Positions 45,397 through 54,882 of a stretch of DNA of 64,000 nucleotides are shown here, piece after piece (within the stretch, counting starts at the first letter, position 1; the number at the start of each line of letters is the position of its first letter). Below the pieces are notes generated by a model, which did no database searches, had not been told where the DNA came from, and saw only the letters and a list, made by a program, of their open reading frames with translations. A program made the translations under genes and the position numbers. The DNA comes from an uncultured Armatimonadetes bacterium (GTDB taxonomy: Bacteria > Armatimonadota > UBA5829 > DTJY01), in assembly GCA_963717145.1 (NCBI GenBank), contig OY970325.1, forward strand, positions 1,824,001 to 1,888,000. Direction: 5' to 3'.

Positions 45397-47751
45397 TTAT
45401 GTCTTCTTGAACGTCACGACCGTCGCGCCGGACCCGCCCTCTTCGCGCTCGCCGATGCGGAAAGACTCGACGGCGTGGTGGTTCTTCAGGTAATCCCAAA
45501 CCGCTTTCCTCAGCGCACCGGTCCCCATCCCGTGGATGATCCGCGCGCTCGGGAGGCCCGCGAGGTACGCGTCGTCGATGTACTTGTCGAGATTCTCGAC
45601 CGCCTGCTCGACGCGCTGGGCAATCAACTTCAGCTCGGGGGATACCGCGCCGGCCTTCGATGTGCTGATGACGGTCGCGCCGGTAGTCTCCTCCTTCTTC
45701 TTGAGAGGCTTCGCCGGACGGAGCGCCGTGACCGGGACGTTGACCTTCATCGAGCCGATCATCACCACCGCGTCGGACGTCCCCGGCTCGGTGAGCAACT
45801 GCCCGTCGAGCCCGAACGTCGTGACCCTCACGGAGTCGCCCTTCTTGAGGACATACGGCTCGTCCGGCTCCTCATACGCCGGTTCGAGCGTCTCCTCGAC
45901 CTCCGCCCGAAGCTCCTTGACCCGGTGCTTGAAGCGCTCCCTGCTCTCCTGCACGACTTGCTCGGTCTTCTCGGGATGTGTCCGCAGGTCCAGGATGATC
46001 TCATCGAGTTCCGCGACCTTCTCCTTGACGCGGCGCTCGACTTCACCCGCGAGCTGTTGACGCATCTCCCGGCGCAATTCCTCGATCTCCTCGAGGCGGT
46101 GCTCATATCTAGAACGGAGTATTTCCGCGTCGCGGGACGTGCGCTCGGCGATCTGAGCCTTCTCGGTCGCGACCTTGTGCGTCTCCTCGATGCGACGAAT
46201 GATCTCCTCCGATCTTTCGCCGCCCTTGACCATGCCCTTCGCCTCGGTGACGATGTCGTCAGGGAGGCCGAGCCTGGACGCGATCGCGAAGGCGTTGCTG
46301 CTCCCGGGTACGCCGATCATGAGCCTGTATGTGGGACGAAGCGTATTCAGGTCGAACTCGACGCTCGCATTCTCGACCCCGTCGCGGATAAATGCGAACT
46401 CCTTCAACTCGCCGTAATGAGTGGTCGCGACCGTGGACGCTCCGCTCGCGAGGAGGTGATCGAGCACGGACTTCGCGAGGGCCGCGCCCTCAGCCGGATC
46501 GGTCCCCGCCCCAAGCTCGTCGAGCAGCACGAGGGAACGTTTGCCCGCGCGGCCGACGATGTTGACGATGTTCGTCATGTGCGACGAAAAGGTGCTGAGC
46601 GACTGCGCGATGCTCTGCTCGTCACCGATATCGGCGAAGACATCCTCGAACACCGCGAGCTTGCTGCCCTCTCTCGCGGGAATGTGCAGGCCGCTCTGCG
46701 CCATCAACACCAGCAGGCCGACGGTCTTGAGCGTCACGGTCTTCCCGCCGGTGTTCGGCCCGGTAATGAGCAGGGTCTTGAAGCGCTTCCCCAACTCCAC
46801 GTCGATCGGGACGACGGCGCCCGTGAGAAGCGGGTGACGCGCCTCGATCATATCGACCTTCCCCTCGCGATTCAGCTCCGGCTCGACCGCGTCCATGTCA
46901 CACGAGAGTTTCCCCTTGGCCGAGGCGAAATCGAGCCGCCCGAGCGCATCGAGAGTGACCCGCAGTTCGGGCGCGGCGACGGAGACCATGCCGCTCAGTC
47001 GGCGGAGTATCCTATCGACCTCCTGCTGTTCGGCGGCGGCAAGCTCTCGTAGCTCGTTCCCAAGCTCGACCACGGCCGTGGGCTCGATGAACACGGTCGC
47101 ACCGCTCGCGCTGCTGTCGTGGACGATGCCCGCGATGCTGTGCTTGTGCTCCGATTTCACCGGTATGCAGTAACGATCCCCGCGCTGGGTGATGACCGGG
47201 TCCTGAATCTGCGTACGATGGTCGGCGGAGTGGATGATCGCGTTGAGCTTGTCGAGCATCCTGTTGTGGACGGTCTTGATCTTGCTCCGAATCCGCGCGA
47301 GTTCGGGGCTCGCGGTGTCGCGCACCTCGGCCTTGTCGCTGATCGCCTCGTCGATGGCGCGCTCGATCTGGGGGAGCGGCGTGATGTTCGCGGCGATCTC
47401 CATCAGCTTCGGGGACTTGTCCGCACGTTTGACAATGTAGTTGCGCAGTCTGCTCGCGGACGAGAGCGTCCCGGCGACCCGGAGCAGTTCCGCGGGCTGA
47501 AGGAGCGCCTCAACGGAGGCCTTCCCGACGAGCGGCCTGATGTCGTGGATGCCCCCGAGTGGAAGGCTACCCTCCTCGCGGATGATACGCGCGGCTTCGG
47601 TGGTCTCGCGTTGGCCTTCGGTGATATTCAGCCAGTCCACGCCCGGTTCGAGTTGGCGTGCGACATCGGCGCCGAGAGCGCATGACGTCCGCTCCAGGAG
47701 CATCTCGATGATCTTGTCGAACTCCAAGACTCTGAGGGAATGTGCATCCAT
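45397..47751 (-). CDS. mutS2: Endonuclease MutS2
   Basis: Walker A ITGPNTGGKT; DIGDEQSI.QSLSTFS, LDELGAGTDP and TTHY motifs; C-terminal Smr domain IIHGMGTGALR. Confidence 0.97.
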   Translation of the reverse strand: MDAHSLRVLEFDKIIEMLLERTSCALGADVARQLEPGVDWLNITEGQRETTEAARIIREEGSLPLGGIHDIRPLVGKASVEALLQPAELLRVAGTLSSASRLRNYIVKRADKSPKLMEIAANITPLPQIERAIDEAISDKAEVRDTASPELARIRSKIKTVHNRMLDKLNAIIHSADHRTQIQDPVITQRGDRYCIPVKSEHKHSIAGIVHDSSASGATVFIEPTAVVELGNELRELAAAEQQEVDRILRRLSGMVSVAAPELRVTLDALGRLDFASAKGKLSCDMDAVEPELNREGKVDMIEARHPLLTGAVVPIDVELGKRFKTLLITGPNTGGKTVTLKTVGLLVLMAQSGLHIPAREGSKLAVFEDVFADIGDEQSIAQSLSTFSSHMTNIVNIVGRAGKRSLVLLDELGAGTDPAEGAALAKSVLDHLLASGASTVATTHYGELKEFAFIRDGVENASVEFDLNTLRPTYRLMIGVPGSSNAFAIASRLGLPDDIVTEAKGMVKGGERSEEIIRRIEETHKVATEKAQIAERTSRDAEILRSRYEHRLEEIEELRREMRQQLAGEVERRVKEKVAELDEIILDLRTHPEKTEQVVQESRERFKHRVKELRAEVEETLEPAYEEPDEPYVLKKGDSVRVTTFGLDGQLLTEPGTSDAVVMIGSMKVNVPVTALRPAKPLKKKEETTGATVISTSKAGAVSPELKLIAQRVEQAVENLDKYIDDAYLAGLPSARIIHGMGTGALRKAVWDYLKNHHAVESFRIGEREEGGSGATVVTFKKT

Positions 47752-47800
47752 GATCGCACAATTCTATCAGGAATGGCGCTCGGGAACAAGCTTGGGGCGG

Positions 47801-48541
47801 CTACTGCCACGTGATCTCCTTGCCGTTGCTCATGAGCGTCGCCACATTGTCGGTCTCAGGCTCGAAAGCCACACCGATCTCATACATTCCGTTTTCCTTC
47901 GAGTCTGCGATGCCGAAGTTCGGCTGATCCGGCCAGCCCAGATGGAAGTCGGGTGAACTCCAACGGAACACTTCCTGGTACGCAGTGCGGTCCAGCTTGT
48001 GCACCAGCAGGATCATCTCGGCCCGCTTGCCGAGTTCCTCCCGTCGCCCGACTACGGTGAAGATCTCGGGTACGAGATCTCCGTCCATGTCCACAGGGAC
48101 CGACATGTGAACGTAGCCGGCGCTACCAAACGGCAGCGAGTAGTTCACGGAGCGTATAGCTTGGTGCATCGTCCGCCTATCGTCTTCCGAAGGCGGTTTC
48201 GGCGGATCGGCCTGCAGGTTCTGAAGATGCCTGAGCCTGGTGATATGGAAATCCGCCTGGCGGGCATAGGTCTGGTCCGGCGCAGACGTATCGTTGGGGA
48301 CGGTCTCAGTCCCGTGAGTCTTCTTCAGGTAGCCCCATGTGGCGATCGCTTCCCCCAGCTTGCCAATGAACTCGCGGAACAGCGCCAGTTCATGCAGAGC
48401 GGAAGCCTGTTCTTCCCCAGTGCTGCTGTGAACCAGGGCTACCATCCGTTCCTCCTCTCCCGCGCGAATTGTGGTGGCGTGCGCGTGGGACAGAGCGACG
48501 ATCACGAGAACTCCTGCGAGCACATAAACGACCTTTCTCAT
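47801..48541 (-). CDS. Secreted hypothetical protein
   Basis: GGAGG RBS, signal peptide (AHA), one DMDGD..PEI motif. Confidence 0.65.
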   Translation of the reverse strand: MRKVVYVLAGVLVIVALSHAHATTIRAGEEERMVALVHSSTGEEQASALHELALFREFIGKLGEAIATWGYLKKTHGTETVPNDTSAPDQTYARQADFHITRLRHLQNLQADPPKPPSEDDRRTMHQAIRSVNYSLPFGSAGYVHMSVPVDMDGDLVPEIFTVVGRREELGKRAEMILLVHKLDRTAYQEVFRWSSPDFHLGWPDQPNFGIADSKENGMYEIGVAFEPETDNVATLMSNGKEITWQ

Positions 48542-48728
48542 CTTGACCTCCATGAAGTGAGACATCACGGGTGTATACGTATCTGCTCCTTACCTTGTTA
48601 CGGAGAAGACGGAGAGGCCGATCGGACCGGCCGCGTCATATGGAGGATGAGCCGAGTTTCTGCCGAAGTTACCTTCGAGGCCCATGAGTTGTGCCTCTAC
48701 GCACCTAAGCTTTGAGGAAGTTGTGACT

Positions 48729-51431
48729 ATGAAGACAAGATTCGCCATACTCGTTGCGCTGCTTATCTGTACGCCTGCGCTTGCACAGACATCCCTGAGG
48801 ATCACCACCGGCGTCCCCGGGAACCTCCTGTACGTGGGACAACCGGTCGAACTGAAGATCGAAAAGGCGGCGGAGATCGTCTCGCCTGTCGACTGGGAGA
48901 TCAAGGACCTCGACGGGAAGATCGTGGCATCCGGGAGTGAATCAGGCGGATCGATCAAGCCGGATGTGAAGCAGACCGGCATTTACTATATCGAGTGCCG
49001 CACCGGCGACGGCAAGGCGTCCACGAAAACGACGTTCGCCGTCATACACGAGATGCCGTCGGTCGGCAGGGAGACATCCGCCTTCGGGATCAACGGCGGG
49101 GCGCTGTTCCACATCGATCTGGCGGACATCCCGACGGTCGGGAAGGCGCGCCTCGACCTCTGTCAGCGACTCGGAGTCAAGTGGGGACGCAACGACTTCT
49201 GGTGGGGCAAGATCGAGCCGGAGTTGCAGACGTACAACTGGGGTCAGGCCGACGCGGCGGTCGAGATGTATCGCAGCCACGGGATGGACCTCATGCCGAT
49301 CTTCTGTTACTCCAGCGCCTGGAACAGCCCGAACGCCCCGGCTGATGACGTAGAGGCGAACAATTTCGCCGCGTACGCCGGCGAACTCGTCGGGCGGTAC
49401 AAGGATAAGGTCCACTACTGGGAGGTATGGAACGAGCCGAACATCAGCCAGTTCTGGTCTCCGAAGCCGAACGCCGACGATTACGCGCGACTCCTTAGGG
49501 CGACGCGCACAACCACAATCGCGACCGATCCGAAGAGCAAGCTCGTCGGATGCGTGACTGCGGGACCGGACACTCAATTCATCCGCAAGGTGCTCGAGGC
49601 CGGCGCGGGAGACGCGTTCGACATCCTCTCGATCCACAACTATTTCTGGACGGACGAGGGCATCATCAACGACCTGCGAAGCATTCGCGCGCTGATGTCC
49701 GAGTTCCAGCAGGAGAAGCCGATCTGGATCACCGAGATCGGATGGCCGACGGGAAAGAACTGGATGAGCGAGGAAGACCAGGCGAAGATGCTCGTCCGCG
49801 TCTTCACGCTCTCGCTCGCGGAGGGAGTCGAGCGGCTTTTCTACTACAACTCCACGGACTATCAGCCGTGGGATTCGGGCGGATGGGATGGCAGGACGGG
49901 CCTCTTCGATCAGGGGGATATCCCGAAGGCAGCGGCGGTCGCGTACAACGAATTGATCTGGCAGCTCGGCGGGATGAAGTACGGCGGAAAACTCAACGTC
50001 GGGAAAGGCGTCTACGGGAGATACTTCGCGCGCGGGGACGAGCAGACGGCGGTGATATGGACAACGGGCAGCCAGCGGGTCACGGTGAGCCTCCCGACGA
50101 ACGCGCCGGAGGTCACAGTGATCGATATGCTCGGGCGCGAGAGCTTCGTCAAGCCGGAGAAGGGCATCCTGAGCCTCAGTGTGACCGACCGGCCTCAATA
50201 CGTGAAGCTCAGGGGCACGGCGCTCTTCGTCCTCTCCGGGGCCGACATCGTCCCGGAGCGGCTCTTCATCGGCATGGAGCAGGAGGTCGATGTCACCCTC
50301 AGGGGCGCGGCGGTGTTGCACGGTAAGGCGGTCCGTCTGATCGCGCCAACGGGATGGAAGGTGTCGCCCGCGGTCGCCACTGCCGAGGAGGGCGACATGG
50401 GCGTCCGCGTCTGCCGCTTCAGAGTGACTATCCCGCAGGACGTGACCCCTGACACATACGAACTCGCCGCGATGATCGAGGGAGTGTCGGACCTCAGGAT
50501 CGCGAAGGGTATCGAGGTTGCCTCGCCGGCCAAAGTCACGATCATCCCGCCGTCGGAGTTGAAGCCGGGATACACGAAGCTGAAGGTTTCGGTCGAGAAC
50601 AGGTGTGATCGGATCATCGAGGGGACCATTACGGCGGGCATCACGGGTGAGACGCCCTCGGTTCCGACTGATGTGCGACTCAAGCCCGGCGCGTCCACCG
50701 ATTACCGCCTCAATCTGCCCGCACCCGAGGCGGTCGGCGAGACGGAGGTCACGATTTCCGCCACCCTGGATTCAGACATGTCCGACGTCTCCGACACCGT
50801 CCGACTCGATCCCCTCGCGGTTGTGCAACCGACTGGCGCAATCGCCGTCGACGGCAAGCTGGATGACTGGGCCGCGGTGAAGCCGATCCTGACCGAGACC
50901 GGGGGCACTCACGTCAACCAGAAGGGCACATGGGGCGGGAAAGCCGACCTCGGGGCCAAGGCGTGGGTCGCGTGGAAGCCGACCGGCCTCTATCTCGCGG
51001 TAGACGTGACTGACGACGTGAACGTCTTCCCCGGCGATGAGTCGGTCTGGGAGGCGGACAGCCTCCAGGTGGCGATCGACTCCGCGAACGATGCGGTCTC
51101 GGAGGGATTCGACGAGCGGAACGACTTCGAGCTGGAGGTCGGCAAGATCAACGGCCAGGACCGAGCGGTCGGCCTCGTCGCGCCCAAGGGGGTTGACCTC
51201 AAGGGCCTCGAGATTGCTATACTGGCGAAACCCGGCGGCGGCGCGGTCTACGAGATGATGATACCCAGGGGCATTCTGGGTCTCTCACCGCTCGAAACCG
51301 GGCGGCTCATCGGTTTCTCGTTCCTCGTGAATGATAACGATGGGCAGGGGCGCAAGTCGTGGCTCGAACTCACGCCCGGTATCGGCCTCGGGAAGGACCC
51401 GACGCAATACAAGGATCTGTGGCTGAGATGA
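48729..51431 (+). CDS. Secreted clan GH-A glycoside hydrolase (GH39/GH5-like) with C-terminal CBM9-like sugar-binding domain
   Basis: YWEVWNEPN (acid/base) and PIWITEIGW (nucleophile); C-terminal VDGKLDDW...LYLAVDVTDD...DSLQV.ID...YEM.IP...GFS.LVNDND. Confidence 0.85.
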   Translation: MKTRFAILVALLICTPALAQTSLRITTGVPGNLLYVGQPVELKIEKAAEIVSPVDWEIKDLDGKIVASGSESGGSIKPDVKQTGIYYIECRTGDGKASTKTTFAVIHEMPSVGRETSAFGINGGALFHIDLADIPTVGKARLDLCQRLGVKWGRNDFWWGKIEPELQTYNWGQADAAVEMYRSHGMDLMPIFCYSSAWNSPNAPADDVEANNFAAYAGELVGRYKDKVHYWEVWNEPNISQFWSPKPNADDYARLLRATRTTTIATDPKSKLVGCVTAGPDTQFIRKVLEAGAGDAFDILSIHNYFWTDEGIINDLRSIRALMSEFQQEKPIWITEIGWPTGKNWMSEEDQAKMLVRVFTLSLAEGVERLFYYNSTDYQPWDSGGWDGRTGLFDQGDIPKAAAVAYNELIWQLGGMKYGGKLNVGKGVYGRYFARGDEQTAVIWTTGSQRVTVSLPTNAPEVTVIDMLGRESFVKPEKGILSLSVTDRPQYVKLRGTALFVLSGADIVPERLFIGMEQEVDVTLRGAAVLHGKAVRLIAPTGWKVSPAVATAEEGDMGVRVCRFRVTIPQDVTPDTYELAAMIEGVSDLRIAKGIEVASPAKVTIIPPSELKPGYTKLKVSVENRCDRIIEGTITAGITGETPSVPTDVRLKPGASTDYRLNLPAPEAVGETEVTISATLDSDMSDVSDTVRLDPLAVVQPTGAIAVDGKLDDWAAVKPILTETGGTHVNQKGTWGGKADLGAKAWVAWKPTGLYLAVDVTDDVNVFPGDESVWEADSLQVAIDSANDAVSEGFDERNDFELEVGKINGQDRAVGLVAPKGVDLKGLEIAILAKPGGGAVYEMMIPRGILGLSPLETGRLIGFSFLVNDNDGQGRKSWLELTPGIGLGKDPTQYKDLWLR

Positions 51432-51451
51432 GGAGAGGGGCTGGAGGCTAC

Positions 51452-52240
51452 ATGTATCTCAAGCATATGTTTGACAAGAGCGAAGTGAACCTCGCACTGG
51501 AGGTCTTCCTGCGAGAGTCGGTTGACTGCCTCGGTGGCGATCTCGTCTCGGTGATCGTCTACGGCTCACTCGTATTCGACGACCTTGCACCGGGATACGG
51601 CGACCTCGATTTCCTGGCAGTCGTGAAGGACGACATCGCGGAGTCGATGTTCGGACGGCTGTCGGATCTCCGCAAGCCACTCAGGAGCGGGCACTTCGGC
51701 CTCATCCCGACGATGATCGAGGGCGAGTTCGTGCCAAGGAGGTCGCTCGTGGAGCCGGAGATCGGGCAGTCGTACTACTGGGGGACGAGCAGCGACAAGC
51801 CCAGGATCGGGAGCAGCGTCGTCGGGCTCGTGGCGGAGGTCGTCCACCAGTTGGGCGTCGTGATCTATGGCGAGGACGTGCGGCAGGAGGTCGCGCGGCC
51901 GACCCGCGAGCAGCTCATTGCCGACCTCGGGCATCACGCGCCTGGATTCCGCGACTACGCGAAGGTTGGGGGGCTACATGCGGTCGATGGACTGCTTACC
52001 GTCGCCCGGATGCTTATCTTCCTCCGCGAGGGGCGGCTCAGCTCGAAGTCCGAGGCGGCTGAGTGGGCATACGCGAATGCGCAGGGTGCGTGGAAGGAAC
52101 ACCTCCCGCGGGCGAGGCAGGTGCGCCTCAATCCCTGGATGGCTAGCCTTGCCGAGACCAAGCGCTGGCTGAATGACCTGGACGTGCCGACCAACCAGGC
52201 CTGTGATGAGCTTGAGGAAATGCTGAATGGATCTCACTGA
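51452..52240 (+). CDS. Nucleotidyltransferase, aminoglycoside adenylyltransferase-like (DUF4111)
   Basis: YGSL...D.....GDLDFLAV NTase motif; C-terminal LTVARM.......SSKSEAAEWA. Confidence 0.75.
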   Translation: MYLKHMFDKSEVNLALEVFLRESVDCLGGDLVSVIVYGSLVFDDLAPGYGDLDFLAVVKDDIAESMFGRLSDLRKPLRSGHFGLIPTMIEGEFVPRRSLVEPEIGQSYYWGTSSDKPRIGSSVVGLVAEVVHQLGVVIYGEDVRQEVARPTREQLIADLGHHAPGFRDYAKVGGLHAVDGLLTVARMLIFLREGRLSSKSEAAEWAYANAQGAWKEHLPRARQVRLNPWMASLAETKRWLNDLDVPTNQACDELEEMLNGSH

Positions 52241-52766
52241 GAAAACCCTCGAGTCGAATCGGATATACGACGGGAAGATCGTCAATCTGCGCGTGGACAC
52301 GGTCGAGCTGCCGAATGGGCGCGTCTCCAAGCGTGAGGTCGTCGAGCACAGGGGCGCGGTCGCGATCGTGCCGATGCTCGATCACGAGAAGATCGTGCTG
52401 GTGCGACAGTACCGGCAGCCGGTCGGAGGCACGATCCTCGAGATCCCGGCCGGCACGCTGGATCGCGGCGAGGACCCGTTCGACTGCGCTCGCCGGGAAC
52501 TCGTGGAGGAGATCGGTTACTTCCCGGAGAAGCTGACGGAGATGTTCCACTCGTATCTTTCCCCAGGGTACTCGAACGAGTTGCTTCACACATTCCTGGC
52601 GGAGGATTTGCGCCAGGAGGAAGTGAACAGGGATTCGGACGAGTTCCTGGAGGTCGTGGAGTTCAATCTGACGGATGCGGTGGAGATGATCCGCACCGGC
52701 GAGATCGTGGATGCCAAGAGCATTTGTGGCATACTGCTAGCGTCTCGGCTGTTCAAGGAATGTTAG
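52227..52766 (+). CDS. nudF: ADP-ribose pyrophosphatase (Nudix)
   Basis: REVVEH.GAV and VRQYR motifs; Nudix box EIPAGTLD.GE....ARRELVEEIG. Confidence 0.9.
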   Translation: MDLTEKTLESNRIYDGKIVNLRVDTVELPNGRVSKREVVEHRGAVAIVPMLDHEKIVLVRQYRQPVGGTILEIPAGTLDRGEDPFDCARRELVEEIGYFPEKLTEMFHSYLSPGYSNELLHTFLAEDLRQEEVNRDSDEFLEVVEFNLTDAVEMIRTGEIVDAKSICGILLASRLFKEC

Positions 52767-52784
52767 AAACCGGTAGGAGGTTCC

Positions 52785-53594
52785 ATGCTTATCATCGGAG
52801 AACGGATTAACACCAGCAGGAAGGTCAAGGGAGAGCCGGTCATCGAGAACGCGGTCAAGGCCAGAGACGCCGCGTTCTTCATCGACTTGGCGACGAAGCA
52901 GTACGAGGCGGGGGCGACGTGTATCGACGTGAACGCGGGCACGCTCCTGCAGGGCGAACCGGATGCGCTGGAATGGCTCGTCACGACGATTCAGGGCGCT
53001 CTCGACGTGCCGTGCGCCATCGACAGCCCGAACCCCATCGCGATCGAGCGAGCGCTCAAGGTTCACAAGGGCCAGGCGATGATCAATTCGATCACCGCCG
53101 AGGAGGCTAGGTACAACAACATCCTCCCGCTCGCCAAGCAGTATGAGACCCAGGTCATCGCGCTTGCGATGGGCGACGACGGCATCCCTCCCGACGCAGA
53201 GGGCCGGATCAACGTGGGCCGCGAACTGATCGGCAACCTGACCGCCGCGGGTATCAAGCTCGACAACATCTACGCCGATCCGCTCGTCTTCCCGATCGCA
53301 AACGGCGCGGAGTTCGGGCTGGCGGTTCTCGATACGATCCGCACTCTGAAGGCCGAGTTCCCCGGGATCCATGCCAGCGCCGGGGTCAGCAACGTCTCGC
53401 ACGGGCTGCCTCAGAGGAAGTTCCTCAACCAGGCGTTCACAGTGATGTGCATGACCGCGGGGCTCGACGCGGCGATCATCGACCCGATGGACAAACAACT
53501 GATGGCGCTCGTATACTCCACCGAGGCGCTTCTCGGCCACGACGATTTCTGCGTCGAGTATCTGTCCGCCTCCCGCGAGGGGAAGTTCGAGTAG
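52785..53594 (+). CDS. Pterin-binding methyltetrahydrofolate:corrinoid methyltransferase (AcsE / MetH pterin-domain-like)
   Basis: MLIIGERIN, IDVNAG, IDSPNP, INSIT, GVSNVSHGLP.R..LN and GLDAAIIDP motifs. Confidence 0.88.
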   Translation: MLIIGERINTSRKVKGEPVIENAVKARDAAFFIDLATKQYEAGATCIDVNAGTLLQGEPDALEWLVTTIQGALDVPCAIDSPNPIAIERALKVHKGQAMINSITAEEARYNNILPLAKQYETQVIALAMGDDGIPPDAEGRINVGRELIGNLTAAGIKLDNIYADPLVFPIANGAEFGLAVLDTIRTLKAEFPGIHASAGVSNVSHGLPQRKFLNQAFTVMCMTAGLDAAIIDPMDKQLMALVYSTEALLGHDDFCVEYLSASREGKFE

Positions 53595-53617
53595 AATGCG
53601 GGAATCAGCACGGTAAT

Positions 53618-53658
53618 AGAACGGCCGTCCTTCCGGGCGGCCGTTCTGCTTTTGTGTT
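53618..53658 (+). terminator. Intrinsic terminator
   Basis: agaacggccgtcc-ttcc-gggcggccgttct followed by gcttttgtgtt. Confidence 0.75.
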
Positions 53659-53703
53659 GCCCCTCAACTGCTAACTGTAAAGTGCAAACTGTGAAACTTT
53701 CTG

Positions 53704-53732
53704 TTGACACTGTGAACGAGCTGTGTTATACT
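53704..53732 (+). promoter_or_regulatory. Sigma70 promoter with extended -10
   Basis: TTGACA-N17-TATACT with TG at the extended position, directly upstream of the riboswitch. Confidence 0.8.
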
Positions 53733-53782
53733 GCGATACGTTAGGATTGCCGGCCCGGATTTCTGGGCAGAATGAAAAACTG

Positions 53783-53907
53783 AAGCGCCGAATCTCCCAC
53801 CGGGGGAACGGGGAACCTGTTCCTGGGGCGTATCGCACATTGGTGCGTAGGGCAACTCTTCAGCCCAAGCCCGTCAGCTAACTCCGTAGGCGCGGTGTGA
53901 AGAGAGC
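53783..53907 (+). ncRNA. c-di-AMP (ydaO/yuaA) riboswitch
   Basis: Conserved blocks in the expected order: gcgccgaatc, ggaacggggaacc, ggggcgtatc, gtagggc, gcccaagcccgtcagctaactccgtaggcgc; ctcttca pairs with tgaagag; lies upstream of an NlpC/P60 gene. Confidence 0.9.
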
Positions 53908-54063
53908 ATTAGTCAACACGAATGCGTGTTGAGCCCCGCGATCGCTCGATTGCGGCTCTTGTGTGGCCTCTACGGAAACTCCCACTGTTAATGCTCTTCG
54001 CAAAGCACCCATGTCACGCGTGGTCCACGTCGGACCGTGCAGTTTTCGGAAGGATGTAGTGTA

Positions 54064-54839
54064 TTGCAAAGTAGCAGGAACAGAGCTGTTCTGATTCAGG
54101 TTATCGTCGGATTCGTGCTTAGCGCAACAACTGCAGGAGCGGCGGAGGTCGAGCACAATATCGGGAAGGAATCCCCCGTAGTGAGCGGTCTCCCGGTCAT
54201 GACGCTCTATGCGGTCAAGTCGCCGAGCGACCGCACGGACCTCAAGCTCCTTGACCACAAGGTGCCTCGGCCGGCACGGACCGTTTCGACCGCTCCGAAG
54301 CCGAAGCCTTCGGTCAGACCCGTCCCAAAGACCAAGCCTGCGCCGAAGAAGGTCGTGACGGCTCCCAAGCCTCAGCCCAAGCCGGCTGTGAGCAAGCCCA
54401 CGCCGGCCCCCAAACCGAAGCCGGTCGCCGCAAAGCCTGCCCCGCAGAAGCAGGGGCTGTTGTCTCGGGTCATGCAGGGAGCTCGAGCCTCACGAGCCGC
54501 GCCGCATCGTGGGTTGGCACGCGCTACATCTGGGGCGGCCTGTCGAGCCGGGGAGTCGATTGCTCGGGCTTGACGAGCCTGCTCTACAAGTCGCTCGGGA
54601 TTGCGCTCCCCCATTCCGCCAAGCAGCAGTACAAGATGGGGCAGCCCGTTGCGAAGAAGGAACTGACTCCCGGCGACCTGGTCTTCTTCAATACGACGGG
54701 AGCGATCTCGCACGTGGGCATGTACATCGGCGACAACAAGTTTGTCCATGCCGCCAACCGGCGCAAAGGAGTGCGGACCGACAGCCTCGGCACTCCGTAC
54801 TACAGCAAGCGATATGTCGGCGCGCGCCGATACATCTAG
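54064..54839 (+). pseudogene. NlpC/P60 (C40) cell-wall peptidase with Pro/Lys-rich linker, -1 frameshift near 54478 (possibly a sequencing error)
   Basis: Adding one G to the run at 54477-54479 joins the signal peptide and PK-rich linker to ...WVGTRYIWGG...GVDCSGLT...PGDLVFF...SHVGMYIG...FVHA. Confidence 0.85.
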
Positions 54840-54882
54840 CCAAAGCAGGAAACGTGCCCCACCCCGTCAAACCTATTCAGCG

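Noticed and set aside
52785-53594. Dihydropteroate synthase (folP) or evidence of a Wood-Ljungdahl pathway
   Set aside because: Motifs fit the methyltransferase branch of pterin-binding proteins, and no acs/cdh genes are in the window.
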